A stretch of 64,000 nt of DNA from Paraspadella gotoi (GCA_051294375.1 CM119271.1:7802162-7866161); one strand, 5' to 3'. Positions 26,532 to 40,164 are shown, counted from the first letter of the stretch. Notes: generated by a model not told the origin, from the sequence alone. Numbers and translations are program-made.

Positions 26532-27282
26532 TGAAGCGCTTTTAACGCGCGGATCCTAGATAATCCGAGATAGTATCGCAATAAAACAAGTCTACAGTTT
26601 CATCTCTATTCTTCTAGATGCCACTAACTTTGGTGCCCCTAAGTTTTATTCGAATTCAATCCGTGTTCATATACTACTCTCAAACAAGTATCTTTGGAAA
26701 CCAAACAGTTTCTAAATGTAAAACCTAACTATAACCTTGATATTCTCTAGAACCATGTTGAATTAAAGCATGAAAATAGTGAAGCACATTTTGAGGTAAT
26801 ACATTTTCAATTCTCAGGTACAATATTCATGGTTAGTTAGAAGGACAGAGTAGGCAAGAGAGGTTCAGGTTAGATGGGGCAAGTGTGTGAGTATGTGTTT
26901 AAAACTATTAAAAATAGACAACTAAATTATATTAAAATAAACTTAAACTTTAAAGTAAACCCATAAATATTAGTAAACCCTAAAAGTTTTAAAAAACAAG
27001 ATTTCAAAAATAGTTAATCCAATGTAAATAAACCTTCATTTGGTTCAAATAGAGATAAAACATTGGCAGTAAGTAGTACAAAACATTATTTTCCTTTTCA
27101 TTTTTCACACGTGTTTAATGAGAGTAAAGATTGTGCAAGATTAAAACTGAACACGTCGTTCTTAGCTTACATAAAGCTGATCGCGGAAGAGTAAATTTCA
27201 GAATATTCAACGGAACAAATGATTCTCATCGATTCTAAACGAAACAAAACAATTTACGAGAATAAAAAAGGCAATCGCTTTC
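26532..27282 (-). repeat. 3' LTR of BEL/Pao element
   Basis: Colinear with 33779-34543; minus-strand AATAAA at ~26645; right boundary approximate. Confidence 0.88.
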
Positions 27283-27519
27283 TCCATTACCCCACATCAG
27301 GGTTTCCCTGATAAATAAAATCAAATAATAGAATTGGATGGCGTTAGTAGCGCTATAAAAAATAGGGATCAAGACATACTAAAATGATAAAACCATACAT
27401 AAATAATTGGTAAAAGTATCTATGATAAAAAAAAGGGTAAACGCATTACGATAAAAATTGACCATGAATGGAATTAAAAATCTAAACGTTGATGACATCA
27501 GAAATATCAAGTTTTCTCC

Positions 27520-30500
27520 GTTTTCGAGGTCATCATCGTATATGGAGAGGGAAAGCTTGGAGCAACTCGGTCAAGACAGTTCTTTTTCCGTACGGCTCGC
27601 GAACGGCGACTGCTGTATAATGATGGCGCTCTATCCCGAGCGGCTCTCTATAAAATGGCAAGGACTTCCAATAGGGACGAGGTAGCTGTCAGTTCTGGCC
27701 GAACGATAACGATGTATCGCCCTCTTGACGATTGCGGTGTGACTTCGTCACTTTCTGGCGCTGTTGCAGCTCGGCAATTTGATGACTCGCTATTAGCCGT
27801 CCACCGCTTCCATAAAACTCATTCAGCAAGGGGCCGTAGCTTGCGCTGCCATGCAGTGCTTGGGGCTGCACTGTCCATAGACATCGGGGACCAGTTCGGG
27901 GTGCGCACCAAGGGCAGCGGAAGACCGGGGATACAGCAACATGAGATGGGAAAGCGCGGGGGTCCTTTCGCGCTCTCAGGGATTCCTCGTAATTAGGCAC
28001 GATCATTCACCAATGTTCTCACTGAGCAGAGTTAGGGTACCAAACACGACGTCCGAGCGACGTCTTTTCCCTGAATAAGGACAATAACGCTTTCTTCGTA
28101 ATTCTTGGACGAGAGATTCCCAGGCAGCCTTCCCAATGGGGCGCTCTCAGCAGGAATTGAAGGAGGCCACTTTTGTTACGATGATGCGTTGAACTGTCTT
28201 CGGGCCTCTTGGTTCCACCTGCTGTACGAGATCGATCAACACTCCTTGGGTCTTGCAACCACGAAATCGTTGGTGCCATTGTCGCTCAAAGAACCTTGAC
28301 ACCAGGGGTCGAGCACGGAAAACGTTCAAAGGCATCATACAAACTCAGGGGAGTTGAATTATATTCCCTCAAGAAGGTTCCAAATGGATAGCACGCATCT
28401 TGAGACAAGTTAAAATAAGGGCCACCCAGCTTTGGAGTATGAGCCTGACTTCACATAGAAGGGGACACCAAACAAATCATTCCAGGTCACTCAAAGGATA
28501 ACCCAATGCCAACACGCAGACTAGGTAAGAGCCTTTTTGCTGCAAAGTTTTTCCCATGATGCCCGCTTACAAGCGGTGCAGCATCGAATTACATCGCTGA
28601 CAGAGCACGACCCTCTCGATGATCCAAAACTTGACGCCGCAAACTTAGCAGGAATCTGGTCAGGCCCGGTTATGCGCATTCTCTGCAGTGGCGCAATGGT
28701 GCCATGATCATCTTGGTTATACGAGGAAGAGGCAGCGCAAAATGATAGGATGCTTCGAATTCATTACTCTTTTTCTCAACAAGCGCGCTGAAGTGTCGGC
28801 CACCAACTTCGGAGACCATCATTCAATGAAATGGGTCTCCTCCGGCGAAGGAAGACTTTTGACCTCAGAGCGCTGTGAGAAAACCGAAGGCGATGCTGGC
28901 TGAGGGATAGCATCCTCTTTACCAAAATGTTGTTCCCTGAAGCAGTTGAAGCCCGAGCTTTCCTTTCACTGTTCCATCTCATCTTTCAAGAGTCAAAGGA
29001 CCAGGCTTCGCTTCCTTAGATAGCGTTCTGCAAAGGGGAAGAGCAGATCAGCAAAACTCTGATCAACCTTCTCCATGTGGGACATTTGAGGCCAATCGCT
29101 CAATATTGACATCTGAGACAAGCTGGACGAAGCAGCGCCTCGATAGTATGCACTTTTGAAAATCACTAGTTAATTGCATGACAACTAATTCTCTTTCTTC
29201 TTTCAATAGGCCAGTAGTTGAAGACCGCGAAATTTCTGTTAGAATACTCGGGACCACTCAATGCAAAATAAATCTTCCAGGATTACAGATATCTATCTGC
29301 ATCTAATACCACGGGCGGGAACACAGATCCGCTGGATTCTTATTGGTGGAAATCATAACCGCCACTGGTCCAACATCTGTCACCTCATGAATGGTATTTC
29401 AAACGATTGGGGAAAAATATGCCTGTGTTACCTGTTGTAGTCCTATTTCTAATTCATCTTCAAGAATGCAGGTAGCATCTATCAGAGAACCATCACCCAG
29501 GTCCTAGTCTGCCTCACGTTTCAGAAACTTGTACAAAATCACTTCCAGAGATAAGCTCTTGCATCTCAAGAGCGGGGAATGGTTTCTGCGACCTTTTTGT
29601 GGCAGACCGATTCAAAGGGAGTAAACCAGTGCCTTAGCACAAAATATTTCACCTATGGACAACATCATATTCATCAAATTCGTTGATAAGTGCGCACCAA
29701 AGCCACGTCGAACATGCATCAACAAAAATATGCAAGTGTCTCAAATTTTTTTGTTGTAGGTGTGAGGTCTTTTTTCCAGCCTTTGGACTCCGGACCAGAG
29801 GACAGCTAGGGCAGACGTCCTAGCCATTCCTTAAAGGTCTTGGTTTATTCCTCAGAGGAGACTTGATCATCCCAACCAACATCGGGCTTTTACAAGCTTT
29901 TGTGGAGCAGTAACCTTGCCTGAAGTATACATGGAGATGCTAGGCCAAAGGTGAATAGACGAAGCTGTGAACCGGACAACAATTTCCGTTCGAGAGAAAG
30001 TCAATCTCCCACGCCTTTCGGTCATCACCTTGAGGAATATTACTTTTCCATCTAGAATAGTGCGCGGCTATCGCGGGTGCGAGTCGCCCTGTGGCTTCGC
30101 GGGCCGAGCGGGCGGGGTCCGCCCTGATTCCACTCTGGCTACAAGTGGGGGCCAAACCAGGCGCCGCCGACGCAATTGATTCGTCTGGTCTCGGGCCTGG
30201 CGGGCGGGTGGTGGGAAGCGGGGCACGGGTAATGTTTTGCCCGCGCGGTATATGACCGGATACGATTTGGGTCGTATTAGCCCAAGCCCAAAGTCTGTTC
30301 TCCATGTCCATGTGACTTCTTTACAACTCAGGATCGGCTCCTGGTAATCACAGGTGCTCCATTCAATCTTAAGCAAATGACTGTCATTGTTGACAGCCAA
30401 CTTATAAGAAGTATAAAGGTTTATTTATCCCGCCATCTTCTCCAGACTCATCAAGCGACCAGCCCCATATAGTCTAAAGCACTAGGAGTGCCAAGAGAAG

Positions 30501-33450
30501 AACCACGCACCAATCTCTTCATGGAGCAAAGTATCAGCAAGCGTCCTTACCAATAATGAGATCAAAACTCTCAACACCTTCAATCTTACCACCTTAACGT
30601 TCCTTAAGGATGGTCATGTAACCATGCAACCTCTTCTTAGTTGGTGTGTGGTAAGTTGTCACCATTGGTTAGCTCGGGGGATCAATAATGATTATTGGAG
30701 TTGCAAAAACCTTCTGAAGGGTTCTTTACCTCCTCAAACTTCCATAGCTCACCAGCTCTAGCCCTGGTGACATCTTCGTGGTTTTACGAGATCTAACTAC
30801 CAATCGACTTAAGTCAATCCATCGCACTAGTGCATAGGCGATCTCCATCTCATCAGCAAGACGCTGAGAAACAAAAAGTCACATCAACTTCCAGGTATCT
30901 AAGAGAGCTATAGACGTACTTTTCCCTACTGTCGCACGCGAACCAAAATGGTGCCGACTATGGGCCTATATCCGTTCTCTTTTCCTGGCTCTAATGGAAT
31001 GAGAAGCAACCTTTTTAGCAGTCTGCGGATCGCTTGAGGTGCGCACGAGGTTAGACGTTGAAGTGTGGGGGTTGATGCGGCATGCTGGGTGTATTTTTTG
31101 AGTTTTTTTGGGGGGGGTTTCAGTTTTGCTTAGCTCACTTGGAGAAGTGGTTGTGGTGCTGTCCCTTACATGTCGGTGCATGTGGCAGGATCCTTACAGA
31201 CTGACAGCAGAATGGCCAGTTCCAAAACATCTAAAGCAACGACGAGGACGTCGACAGAGATGTTATTCCGCTGAAAAGGCTTAGCACGCAAAAAGAACAT
31301 GACACTTCTCTACCCGGTGAGCACCGCCGGTTGCACACCCTGCATTTTGAATGCAGCTGTCGGCAGAAGACTGTGGTGTAGACTTAGCAGACTGGGTTCC
31401 GGAGCAGGGGAAGATTCCCTCAAGCCTTCAACAGCATTGGCTCTGACCGGATTACTCTTTTATTACCTCTGAAAGAGATTTTATCTTCCATGTGAATGGA
31501 GTATCACCTTCTTTGACCATATTCGTTGAGAAATGAAGGAAATCATGGAAGGTCAGGTAAATGCCCCTGCATTCTTTTTACGGTTATACTTTTTGTTCCA
31601 AAGCACTTTTCAAAAGGGAAGACAGCCGTTCTCAAGATCTTATTGACAGAGGAGTTAGTATGCCAATTCACTCAACGCTGTTACTTCTGTGTGGCAACTG
31701 TCACACACGACTGAAGCTGATAATAAAATTTTCTGACACCACTATATCGCCTTCCTTTAACCTTAAACCTTCTTCAGAATTTTCCTGAGCTTTGTCCCCT
31801 GCAGAATCAGGTGGGTAGCTCCCCACCTTTTGGCCGAGCTCCAACCTTTCGCGTGATATAATGCGAACATCGACATTCTTGCTCTATTCAAATCTCTGAT
31901 CAAATCATAGGCCTCACCCTCTACCCACTCAACAATTCCCTAAAACTTCTCCTGAGAGGTCAAGCAAGAACTCTTCAACTTAGTCGCAACCTGAGTAAGA
32001 ATGGGCGTCAGTTTCCAAACCTATCACCCTTAAATTTGCGTTTCGGACGAAGCGAAAGCACTCGGTTTCTGAACACGATAACCGATTCGGTGTTGCATCT
32101 GTGGAAGGTTGTGGAGCTCCAGTCCTAATGCTGTGATTTGCCAAGTCGGACAGACAGTGAGCTGCAGCGGGTTGAGTGCTGATGTGCCATAACCACTGTG
32201 GGAATTGGTGATAGGTGGGCGAATTAGAGTTTGAGAAAACTGGGTTGTTGAAGATGGTTCGTGTAGTGAGAGTCAGTGCGAGGCTGATAGATAGGATAGG
32301 ATGTAAAGGCAATTGCGGCAGAAGATAAATTGGGCAGCGATTGTGGCGGCTGAGCTAAAAGTCAAGGTTGATTGGGAACAGGATGGAAGGTTGAATCAAT
32401 GGGTTGGAGGTATAACAGGCAAAGCAGTCGCATGAGGATGGAATAGGGATTGGCTGAAAGCAGATGAAGTGGAGGAGAGTCGAGGACGCCCCAGTAGGAC
32501 TGCCCGCGCCAGCCTGAGAGGATAGTAGGAAATGAAAACAGAATTCCTGAATGGGGCTGACCCAGTTAGGCTGGGCTCAATAACAATATTCAGGTGCTCC
32601 TGTGCCAGAACAATCTGGCTGTTGTCCTACTTTCTCAGAAAGCTCTTGTAAACGCGATTCATTAGAATGTGACATGGGGTCCTCTTGATTCCTCCTCACT
32701 GGTTTTCGCACATTCTCCAGAGCACCTTCCAGATCAAGTTGGCCATATTGAGTTCCGAAGGTCTGGCTCTGCAGTTACCCTCGCTCTCTGGTTCTGCCTC
32801 TTGCTCTCTCTAGTTCTCTTCTGCATCTTCCTCTGTTCTTCTTCCTGATCTCTTTGTTTCCTTCTCAGCTGTCTGTCTCTGTCTCCTGCTGCTGCTTGAG
32901 GAAATTAAGTTAAGCTGCGTTTCTTTTAAGCTGGATAGCAGCATCAGTAGCAGCGCGCTTATCGCCTTTGATTAGGTAGTACTCCCAGTAGATCTGCCTC
33001 TTTGATGAATGACGAGATGCGCCACCAGCAGATACTATGACTGCGCATCTCTTGTGTTAAAGGTTCCTAGACGAAGCAGAGGAGGCGGAAAGGTAAATAG
33101 GACTGTCACTGAAGCAGGGAGCAAGGTTTGATTGCTTATATACTCCAGCCCATCAGGAGGATTCTACGGTTTGGTGAAGAAGGAGGGGTTTTCCAAGGCA
33201 TCAAAGACTGGCTTTGTATTGTTCGACGCAGTAGAGCAATAACGCTACCTTAGGCTCCCTTGAGTACTTAATCTCCATGGTACGAGGTCCCTTTCCACCC
33301 TCTTGGCCGCGAACGTTTCAATGGCATCTACTTGTCACAAAATCTTAGAAAGCATTCCTTTTGGCACTCTAGTGACCTTAACGGCTCAAACTCTTAGGCC
33401 AGGTCCTGTGCAGCTTGCATATGGCATGATGAACAATAATGATGCCTGTT
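27520..33450 (-). pseudogene. Gag-Pol polyprotein of BEL/Pao element (many frameshifts, probably mostly sequencing error)
   Basis: Motif order Gag-CCHC-PR-(Pao A17/RNase H)-IN as listed for the element; ends approximate. Confidence 0.8.
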
Positions 33451-33778
33451 CAGCTTTCTCCTTTTCAGATCCTCAAGAACTCTCAGTGACTTAGCCATAG
33501 CCATGCAGGAAAATCAATGAATCCTTATTAAACAAACATGGGCAGCTAATAGTACGAAAGCCTGAGGCCTTGGTCCTGTTCAAACAGGGAAAAAGCCAAA
33601 ACCTCATACTTTGAAAACCCTGGGGTTTTAAGGACAATAAGCACAACAACATCTAGTAAGCCTTAAGCTTAAATCCTATAAACCAAAGCTTGGTAAATAA
33701 CCAAGTAAATTTAAAAATGAGGGCACGAAGAAAATTGAAGCCACATACTGGCACTCAGAAATGATGAAGTTTTAAACT

Positions 33779-34543
33779 TGAAGCGTTCTTAACGCCCGCG
33801 AACCTAGATAATCCGAGGTATTATCGCAAATAAATACAAGTATAAGTTTCATCTCTATTCTTCTAGAGTGCCCTTAATTTGTGCCCTTATTAATTATTGA
33901 ATTCAAATCGTTGTTCAACTACTCTCAAACAAGTATCTTTGGAAACCAAAGTTCTCAACATGTAAAACACCTTAACTATAACCTTATATTCTTTTAAGAA
34001 CCGTAATAAGCAGGAAATTAGTAACCACATTTTGAGATAATTACAATTCAATCTCAGGTACAAATATTCATGGTAATAGAAAGTAGCAAGAAGAGGTTCA
34101 AAGTAGATGGGCAGTGTGACTCTCGTGTGTTAAAACTATTTAAAAAATAGACAATGCTAAATTAATATTAAGATAAAACCTTAACTTTTAAAGTAAACTT
34201 ATATAACCTAAGTACAATTCCAATTTAAATCCAATGTAAACTAACCTTTCAATTTTGGGTCCAGAATAGAGAAAAGTAAACGTATTGGCCAAGGTGCAGT
34301 AAATATAGTACACAACATTTTATTTTCCTTTTCATTCTTTTTTACACACGTTTTATTGAATTTGAGGAGTAAAAGACTTGTGCAAGATAAAACTTGCATT
34401 GAAAACACGGCTTTTTTCGTTTGTTTAGCTTATCTAACAGCTGATGCGCGGATATAAATTCAGATATTTCAACCGGAAACAATGATTCTATCGATCTAAA
34501 CGAAACTAAACAATTTACGCGAATAAAAAGTGTCGCGTCTGCA
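33779..34543 (-). repeat. 5' LTR of BEL/Pao element
   Basis: Colinear with 26532-27282; TG...CA termini; no clear PBS readable. Confidence 0.88.
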
Positions 34544-35214
34544 TTCTCTCTCTTTCCTCTCTCTCTCTCTCTCTCTCTTCTCTTCCTCTCTCTCTCCTCT
34601 CCTCTCTTCTCTCTCTCTCTCCATTTGATACTCTTCTCCTCTACAATTCATTGGCGACTTCAGTCACGAACTCGTGCTCTTTTTGTTATTCCCATTTTTT
34701 TTGGTCCCGTCGAACCGGGAGAGACACCTTGCGGAGATGACGCCAAACAAAAGAGCAATCAGCGAATTTAAAGCATTGACTTGAATTTAAAATAAATAAG
34801 TAGAGAACATATTCTCATTTTTCACTTGTTATTTGTATTGTACTGAGGTTTATGGTCTTTGGACCGACCTGATTTCGAATTGCAATACAATATAATCAAT
34901 TGTTACTAATTTAATTTAATGCTAAATTAAATTTCTGAGCAGTTGAGTTTAATCTCAAAACAATTACTCATCAACAGCAATACCGACATAAAAATCAATC
35001 AAACCAATCATTTACCAACATAAACATCAATCAAACCAATCATTGAGATCAATTTTATCACCGATAATCTCTTTTCCCAATCACGAGGGCATCACTTGAA
35101 ACCATTTTCCGGTGATCAATCACCAACGATCACTGATTGATCATCCACTTCTCTCGTTTTTCAGTGAAATGAAAGACAAATTGATTCATTCAAAAAAAGG
35201 ATTTCATTCCAGAG

Positions 35215-35307
<93 letters not shown>

Positions 35308-35592
35308 GGTTGACCAGAGTTCACATCCATTGTCTTCTGCCCAGCAGAGCTCGTTGTGAGGCATTTTTTGACGAAGACGACGACGACGACACTGATGACG
35401 ATGATGCTGTTTTAATGATGATGATGATGATGACAATGCGTTGATGGTGATGTTTATTATGATGAAGACGAAGATGATACTTCCCTTTATAATGAAAATG
35501 TAAATGACCAAACCAAACTATAGTCTACAGAAATTAGTTAATATACTAAATACTAAATCATTATATTCCCGCCATTTTCAAGTCCCACCAAC

Positions 35593-35740
35593 CTTTGGAC
35601 AAAGGCGATGCGTCTCCATCCCCGAGGACGACGACGACGACGCCGAGGACGAGTCGACGATCTTTCCCGTCTTTGATCCACTGATATGATATGTTGGACG
35701 GGACGGCCTCGGCGCGACACTCGAACGACACGTCCGCCGC
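35593..35740 (-). CDS. tutl: Second copy of the Ig3 N-half exon (allele carrying the retrotransposon; small indels)
   Basis: Near-identical to 37506-37656 including flanking intron, with a few indels. Confidence 0.75.
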
Positions 35741-36374
35741 CTGGAGGAGAAAAGAAAAACGACGTGAGTTATCGTCATCGACGAAAGTGGAACAACCGAG
35801 AACGATTTCAAATTAAACATTAAACATTAAACAATAAACATTAAACATTAAACGGTAAACAATAAACAAACTAATGTAGTTTTTCAGAGTGATCATTTTG
35901 ACCAGGACTGTAGTTTAAAATCCGTCAGTCAAGACCAAAAAAACTGATCAAGCTCTTTTGTCACCAACTTTGTACACTCGACTGAACAAAATAATAAGAC
36001 GACTTGACCCTTTCAAATGTTGTCAATGTGATCATGATAAGCATTGAATCTTCTATCTCGTAATAATTAACTTAATCGTAGTCATTTTTAATCGTTTTCT
36101 TTGTGAACGTGGAAATTTTTCTCAAGGTCATAAACCTTCAATTTAACTATTACCAAATTATCATTTAACTATTATTATCATTTAACTTTACCATATTATT
36201 CATTATTAACGTCATCATCATGAATATATTCATCATTATCATTCCTCGTTATAAATCCACATCATTTAATCACCATTAACATCGTCTGATCATTCATCAT
36301 CATATCATCTCATCATCATCATCATCATCATCCTCACATCTCTCTTCTTNNNNNNNNNNNNNNNNNNNNNNNNN

Positions 36375-36450
36375 TTGACAGTTCAAACACCTTTTTCGTT
36401 TTTTGATTGGAAAAAAGGGCGGATGGCGTTAAGTCTGTCTGTCTGTCTGT

Positions 36451-36526
<76 letters not shown>

Positions 36527-37131
36527 ATTTGATACTCTTTCTCTCTACAATTCATTGGCGATTCAGCATCAGAACTCGTGGCTCTTTTGTTATTCCCATT
36601 TTTTTTGGTCCCGTCGAACCGGGAGAGACACCTTGCGGAGATGACGCCAAAAAAAGAGCAATCAGCGAATTTAAAGCATTGACTTGAATTTAAAATAAAT
36701 AAGTAGAGAACATATTCTCATTTTTCACTTGTTATTTGTATTGTACTGACGGTTTATGGTCTTTGACCGACCTGATTTCGAATTGCAATACAATATAATC
36801 AATTGTTACTAATTTAATTTAATGCTAAATTAAATTTCTGAGCAGTTGAGTTTATCTCAAAAACAATTTACTCATTCAACAGCAATACCGACATAAAAAT
36901 CAATCAAACACAATCATTTACCCAACATAAAACATCAATCAAACCCAATCATTGAGATCAATTTTATCACCGATAATCTCTTTTTCCCAATCACGAGGCA
37001 TCACTTGAAACCATTTTTCCGGTGATCAATCACCAACGATCACTGATTGATCATCCACTTCTCTCGTTTTTCAGTGAAATGAAAGACAAATTGATTCATT
37101 CAAAAAAAAGGATTTCATTCAGGAGCGATCT

Positions 37132-37216
<85 letters not shown>

Positions 37217-38200
37217 AGCGGTTGACCAGAGTTCACATCCCATTGTCCTCTGCCCAGCAGAGCTCGTTGTGAGGCATTTTTTGACGAAGACGACGACGAC
37301 GACACTGATGACGATGATGCTGTTTTAATGATGATGATGATGATGACAATGCGTTGATGGTGATGTTTATTATGATGAAGACGAAGATGATACTTCCCTT
37401 TATAATGAAAATGTAAATGACCAAACCAAACTATAGTCTACAGTAATTAGTTAATATACTAAATACTAAATACTTGATATTCATTGATTTTCAAGTCCCA
37501 CCAACCTTTGCGACAAAGGATGCGTCTCCATCCCCGAGGACGACGACGACGACGCCGAGGACGACGAGTCGACGATCCTCTTCCCGTCTTTGATCCACTG
37601 ATATGATATGTTGGACGGGACGGCCTCGGCGCGACACTCGAACGACACGTCGCCGCCTGGAGGAGAAAAGAAAAACGACGTGAGTTATCGTCATCGACGA
37701 AAGTGGAACAACCGAGAACGATTTCAATTTAAACATTAAACATTAAACAATAAACATTAAACATTAAACGTTAAACAATAAACAAACTAATGTAGTTTTT
37801 CAGAGTGATCATTTTGACCAGGACTGTAGTTTAAAATCCGTCAGTCAAGACCAAAAAACTGATCAAGCTCTTTGGTCACCAACTTTGTACACTCGACTGA
37901 ACAAAATAATAAGACGACTTGACCCTTTCAAATGTTGTCAATGTGATCATGATAAGCATTGAATCTTCTATCTCGTAATAATTAACTTAATCGTAGTCAT
38001 TTTAATCGTTTTCTTTGTGAACGTGAAATTTTTCTCAAGGTCATAAACCTTCATTTAACTATTACCAAATTATCATTTAACTATTATTATCATTTAACTG
38101 TTACCATATTATCATTATTAACGTCATCATCATGAATATATTCATCATTATCATCCTCGTTATAAATCCACATCATTTAAATCACCATTATCATCGTCTG

Positions 38201-38260
<60 letters not shown>
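36375..38260 (+). repeat. Duplicate of 26436-26531 + 34544-36340 (empty-site allele)
   Basis: Continuous sequence here equals the left flank plus right flank of the LTR element joined through one (CT)n tract. Confidence 0.92.
37506..37656 (-). CDS. tutl: Ig3 N-half exon (intact copy, empty-site allele)
   Basis: 151 nt, phases 1/2, open: GGDVSFECRAEAVPSNISYQWIKDGKRIVDSSSSASSSSSSGMETHPLSQR; ctccag acceptor, gttggt donor. Confidence 0.9.
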
Positions 38261-38263
38261 CAC

Positions 38264-38388
38264 CCTCCAAGACGGTGGCGTTCCTCGGCGCCTCCACGAT
38301 GAGCGCGCCGCCTTTCGGGATGAGACGGACTTCGTGACGCGCGTTTCCCAAGGAGTTGTTGGCGACGCAGGCATAGACCCCGCGGTCT
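38264..38388 (-). CDS. tutl: Ig2 end / Ig3 start exon
   Basis: cag|A-DRGVYACVANNSLGNARHEVRLIPKGGALIVEAPRNATVLE-G|gtgag; intact, phases 2/1. Confidence 0.9.
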
Positions 38389-38870
38389 CTGGCGATGGGG
38401 GAAGGGTGGTCGGAGAGAGTAGTGGAGGGTGGGTTGGAGTGTGAAGGTGGAAGGGTGGGTAATGGGTTATGGGTGGGAAGGAGAAAGAATAAGTTTTATT
38501 TTAGAATTTGGAATGAAAAAAAACATTGTTTTAAACGCTGTTGGTCAGTTGGATATAATGGAGACGGACATATAGACTTACAGACAGAAAGACAGACAAA
38601 CAGAGAGATAAACAGACTAAAAGGTAAAAAGTGAATCAAACTATGCCATATAATATATACAATAAAACAAGTGTCCTTCCACATTAAAAAAAANNNNNNN
38701 NNNNNNNNNNNNNNNNNNAGTTAATTCTCTCGAAAAGCGAAAATCGAGTCTCCCGGAAGCGATTCGCGCTTTTGTTTTCTTTCGCCCGGGAAGCGGAATC
38801 CGGAACGCGATGGGCCCCTGGTCGGGAAAGCGATGAATCTCTCTCGCTCTCTCTTTCTCTTTCTGCTCTC

Positions 38871-38909
<39 letters not shown>

Positions 38910-39034
38910 CTCTCTCGTCTCTCTCTCTCCGCTCTTCTCTCTCTCTCTCTCTGCTCTCTTTTTCTTTAAAGTCCCTTTTGAGAAATTTTTGGCAACTGCC
39001 TTCTGCGGAGATTGTCTCTCTTCTCTCCTCTCTC

Positions 39035-39084
<50 letters not shown>

Positions 39085-40164
39085 GGTTTTATTTTACTTT
39101 TCTATTTCTGCCTCTTGTTCATCGTCAACTCTCTTTCTTGGAAGGTTGTATCTTCGCTCGACGAGACATTGCTTGGGCTAATTGAGCAACACTTAATTTA
39201 AAAATTCTCTCTGCCCTCTCTTTCTCTCTTCTCTCTCTTCTCTCTCCCTCTCTCCCTCTCTCTCCCTCTCATGGGGCTGTTGGTTCGACAATCGACCGCG
39301 AGGCCGCGCGACGACCAAATATGCTTCCCTCTCCTTTCGCTCCTCTCTCTCTTACCGCCGGTCCGAAGGTCGGAGGTCATCCGCGTCGGTGACTCTGCGA
39401 AAATGAGCGAGAGTCCTCTTCCTTTCTCTACCGACGGTGGGCGATCGTCGCGGGTCTAGGCTGCGAAAGATCGCGAAAATACCGCTCTGACTCTTTTTCT
39501 CTCTCTCTCTAAGTTTTTGCTTTTCTATTTTTTATTATTTTCAACACGACAACAAACAACGACAACAATAACAACCTTAATGACTCTTTAAACTTACCTA
39601 AATCGTGAACCTACGACTTAAGGTCAAATTAGTTAACTGACCACTAGATTTCGTTTCAACTCTTTTATGGTTACTTTTTACTATTGTCTTTTCTCTTTTT
39701 GTTATTGTCGTTTGTTCTCTGCTGAAATGATTTGCTGATCATTACATGTTGCTAAATAAATTCGTAAACATCTTCTTATTTCTTCTTTTAAATTCGCTGG
39801 CTAAAGTCATTTACTCAAAGTGGTAAGCCCGACGAAAACAAGCAAAAGAAAACACGCCAAAAAAGATTGTTACAATAATCAATCTAAAATAATAACTTGA
39901 ACAAAATTAAAATGAGAAGTGATGAATATTTTTGAGATACCTGCAGAAAATTTCTTTTATAAGTGGGTAATGCATTCTTTAGCTATTTTTTTATAGTGAA
40001 AAAGAAGAAGAGCATATTAGTTGAAAAACTATGCTTCCAAACACAATATTGATAATTTCAATTTGGAGGCGAAATTTGAAAGGCTATCGCCCCCTTCCGA
40101 CTTTGATCGGCAATGTCTGTCCGAGTTTTTTAAAATAATTTTTTTATTTGGTTTTTTATTCATT

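Larger units (their letters stand above)
26532..34543 (-). mobile_element. BEL/Pao LTR retrotransposon, two LTRs, apparently lacking the RT core
   Basis: ~750-bp direct repeats starting TGAAGCG (26532, 33779), right copy ending GCA. Internal minus-strand motifs (through frameshifts): Gag FKGD (~32025), CFRCFGTGH..C..C..C..HH zinc knuckles (~31140-31240), protease ALLD(T)GS..TFVSQRLA (~30890), YSPL(G)LASP..GWDD (~29870-29960), HIFVDA (~29725), TIP(R)LE (~29575), integrase FWIIEGR..C..C (~28600), DLFG (~28475), SDNGTNF (~28275). Purine-rich tract next to the left (3') LTR. Confidence 0.92.

Noticed and set aside
26532-34543. Ty3/gypsy or endogenous virus assignment
   Set aside because: Multiple Gag zinc knuckles, YxPLG/GWD, TIPRLE and FWI..GR / SDNGTNF motifs indicate BEL/Pao; no env-like ORF seen.
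35593-37656. Two copies of the Ig3 exon as a Dscam-like mutually exclusive exon pair
   Set aside because: Flanking introns are as similar as the exons, a 25-N gap separates them, and one side is the empty allele of the LTR insertion; better explained as two haplotypes.
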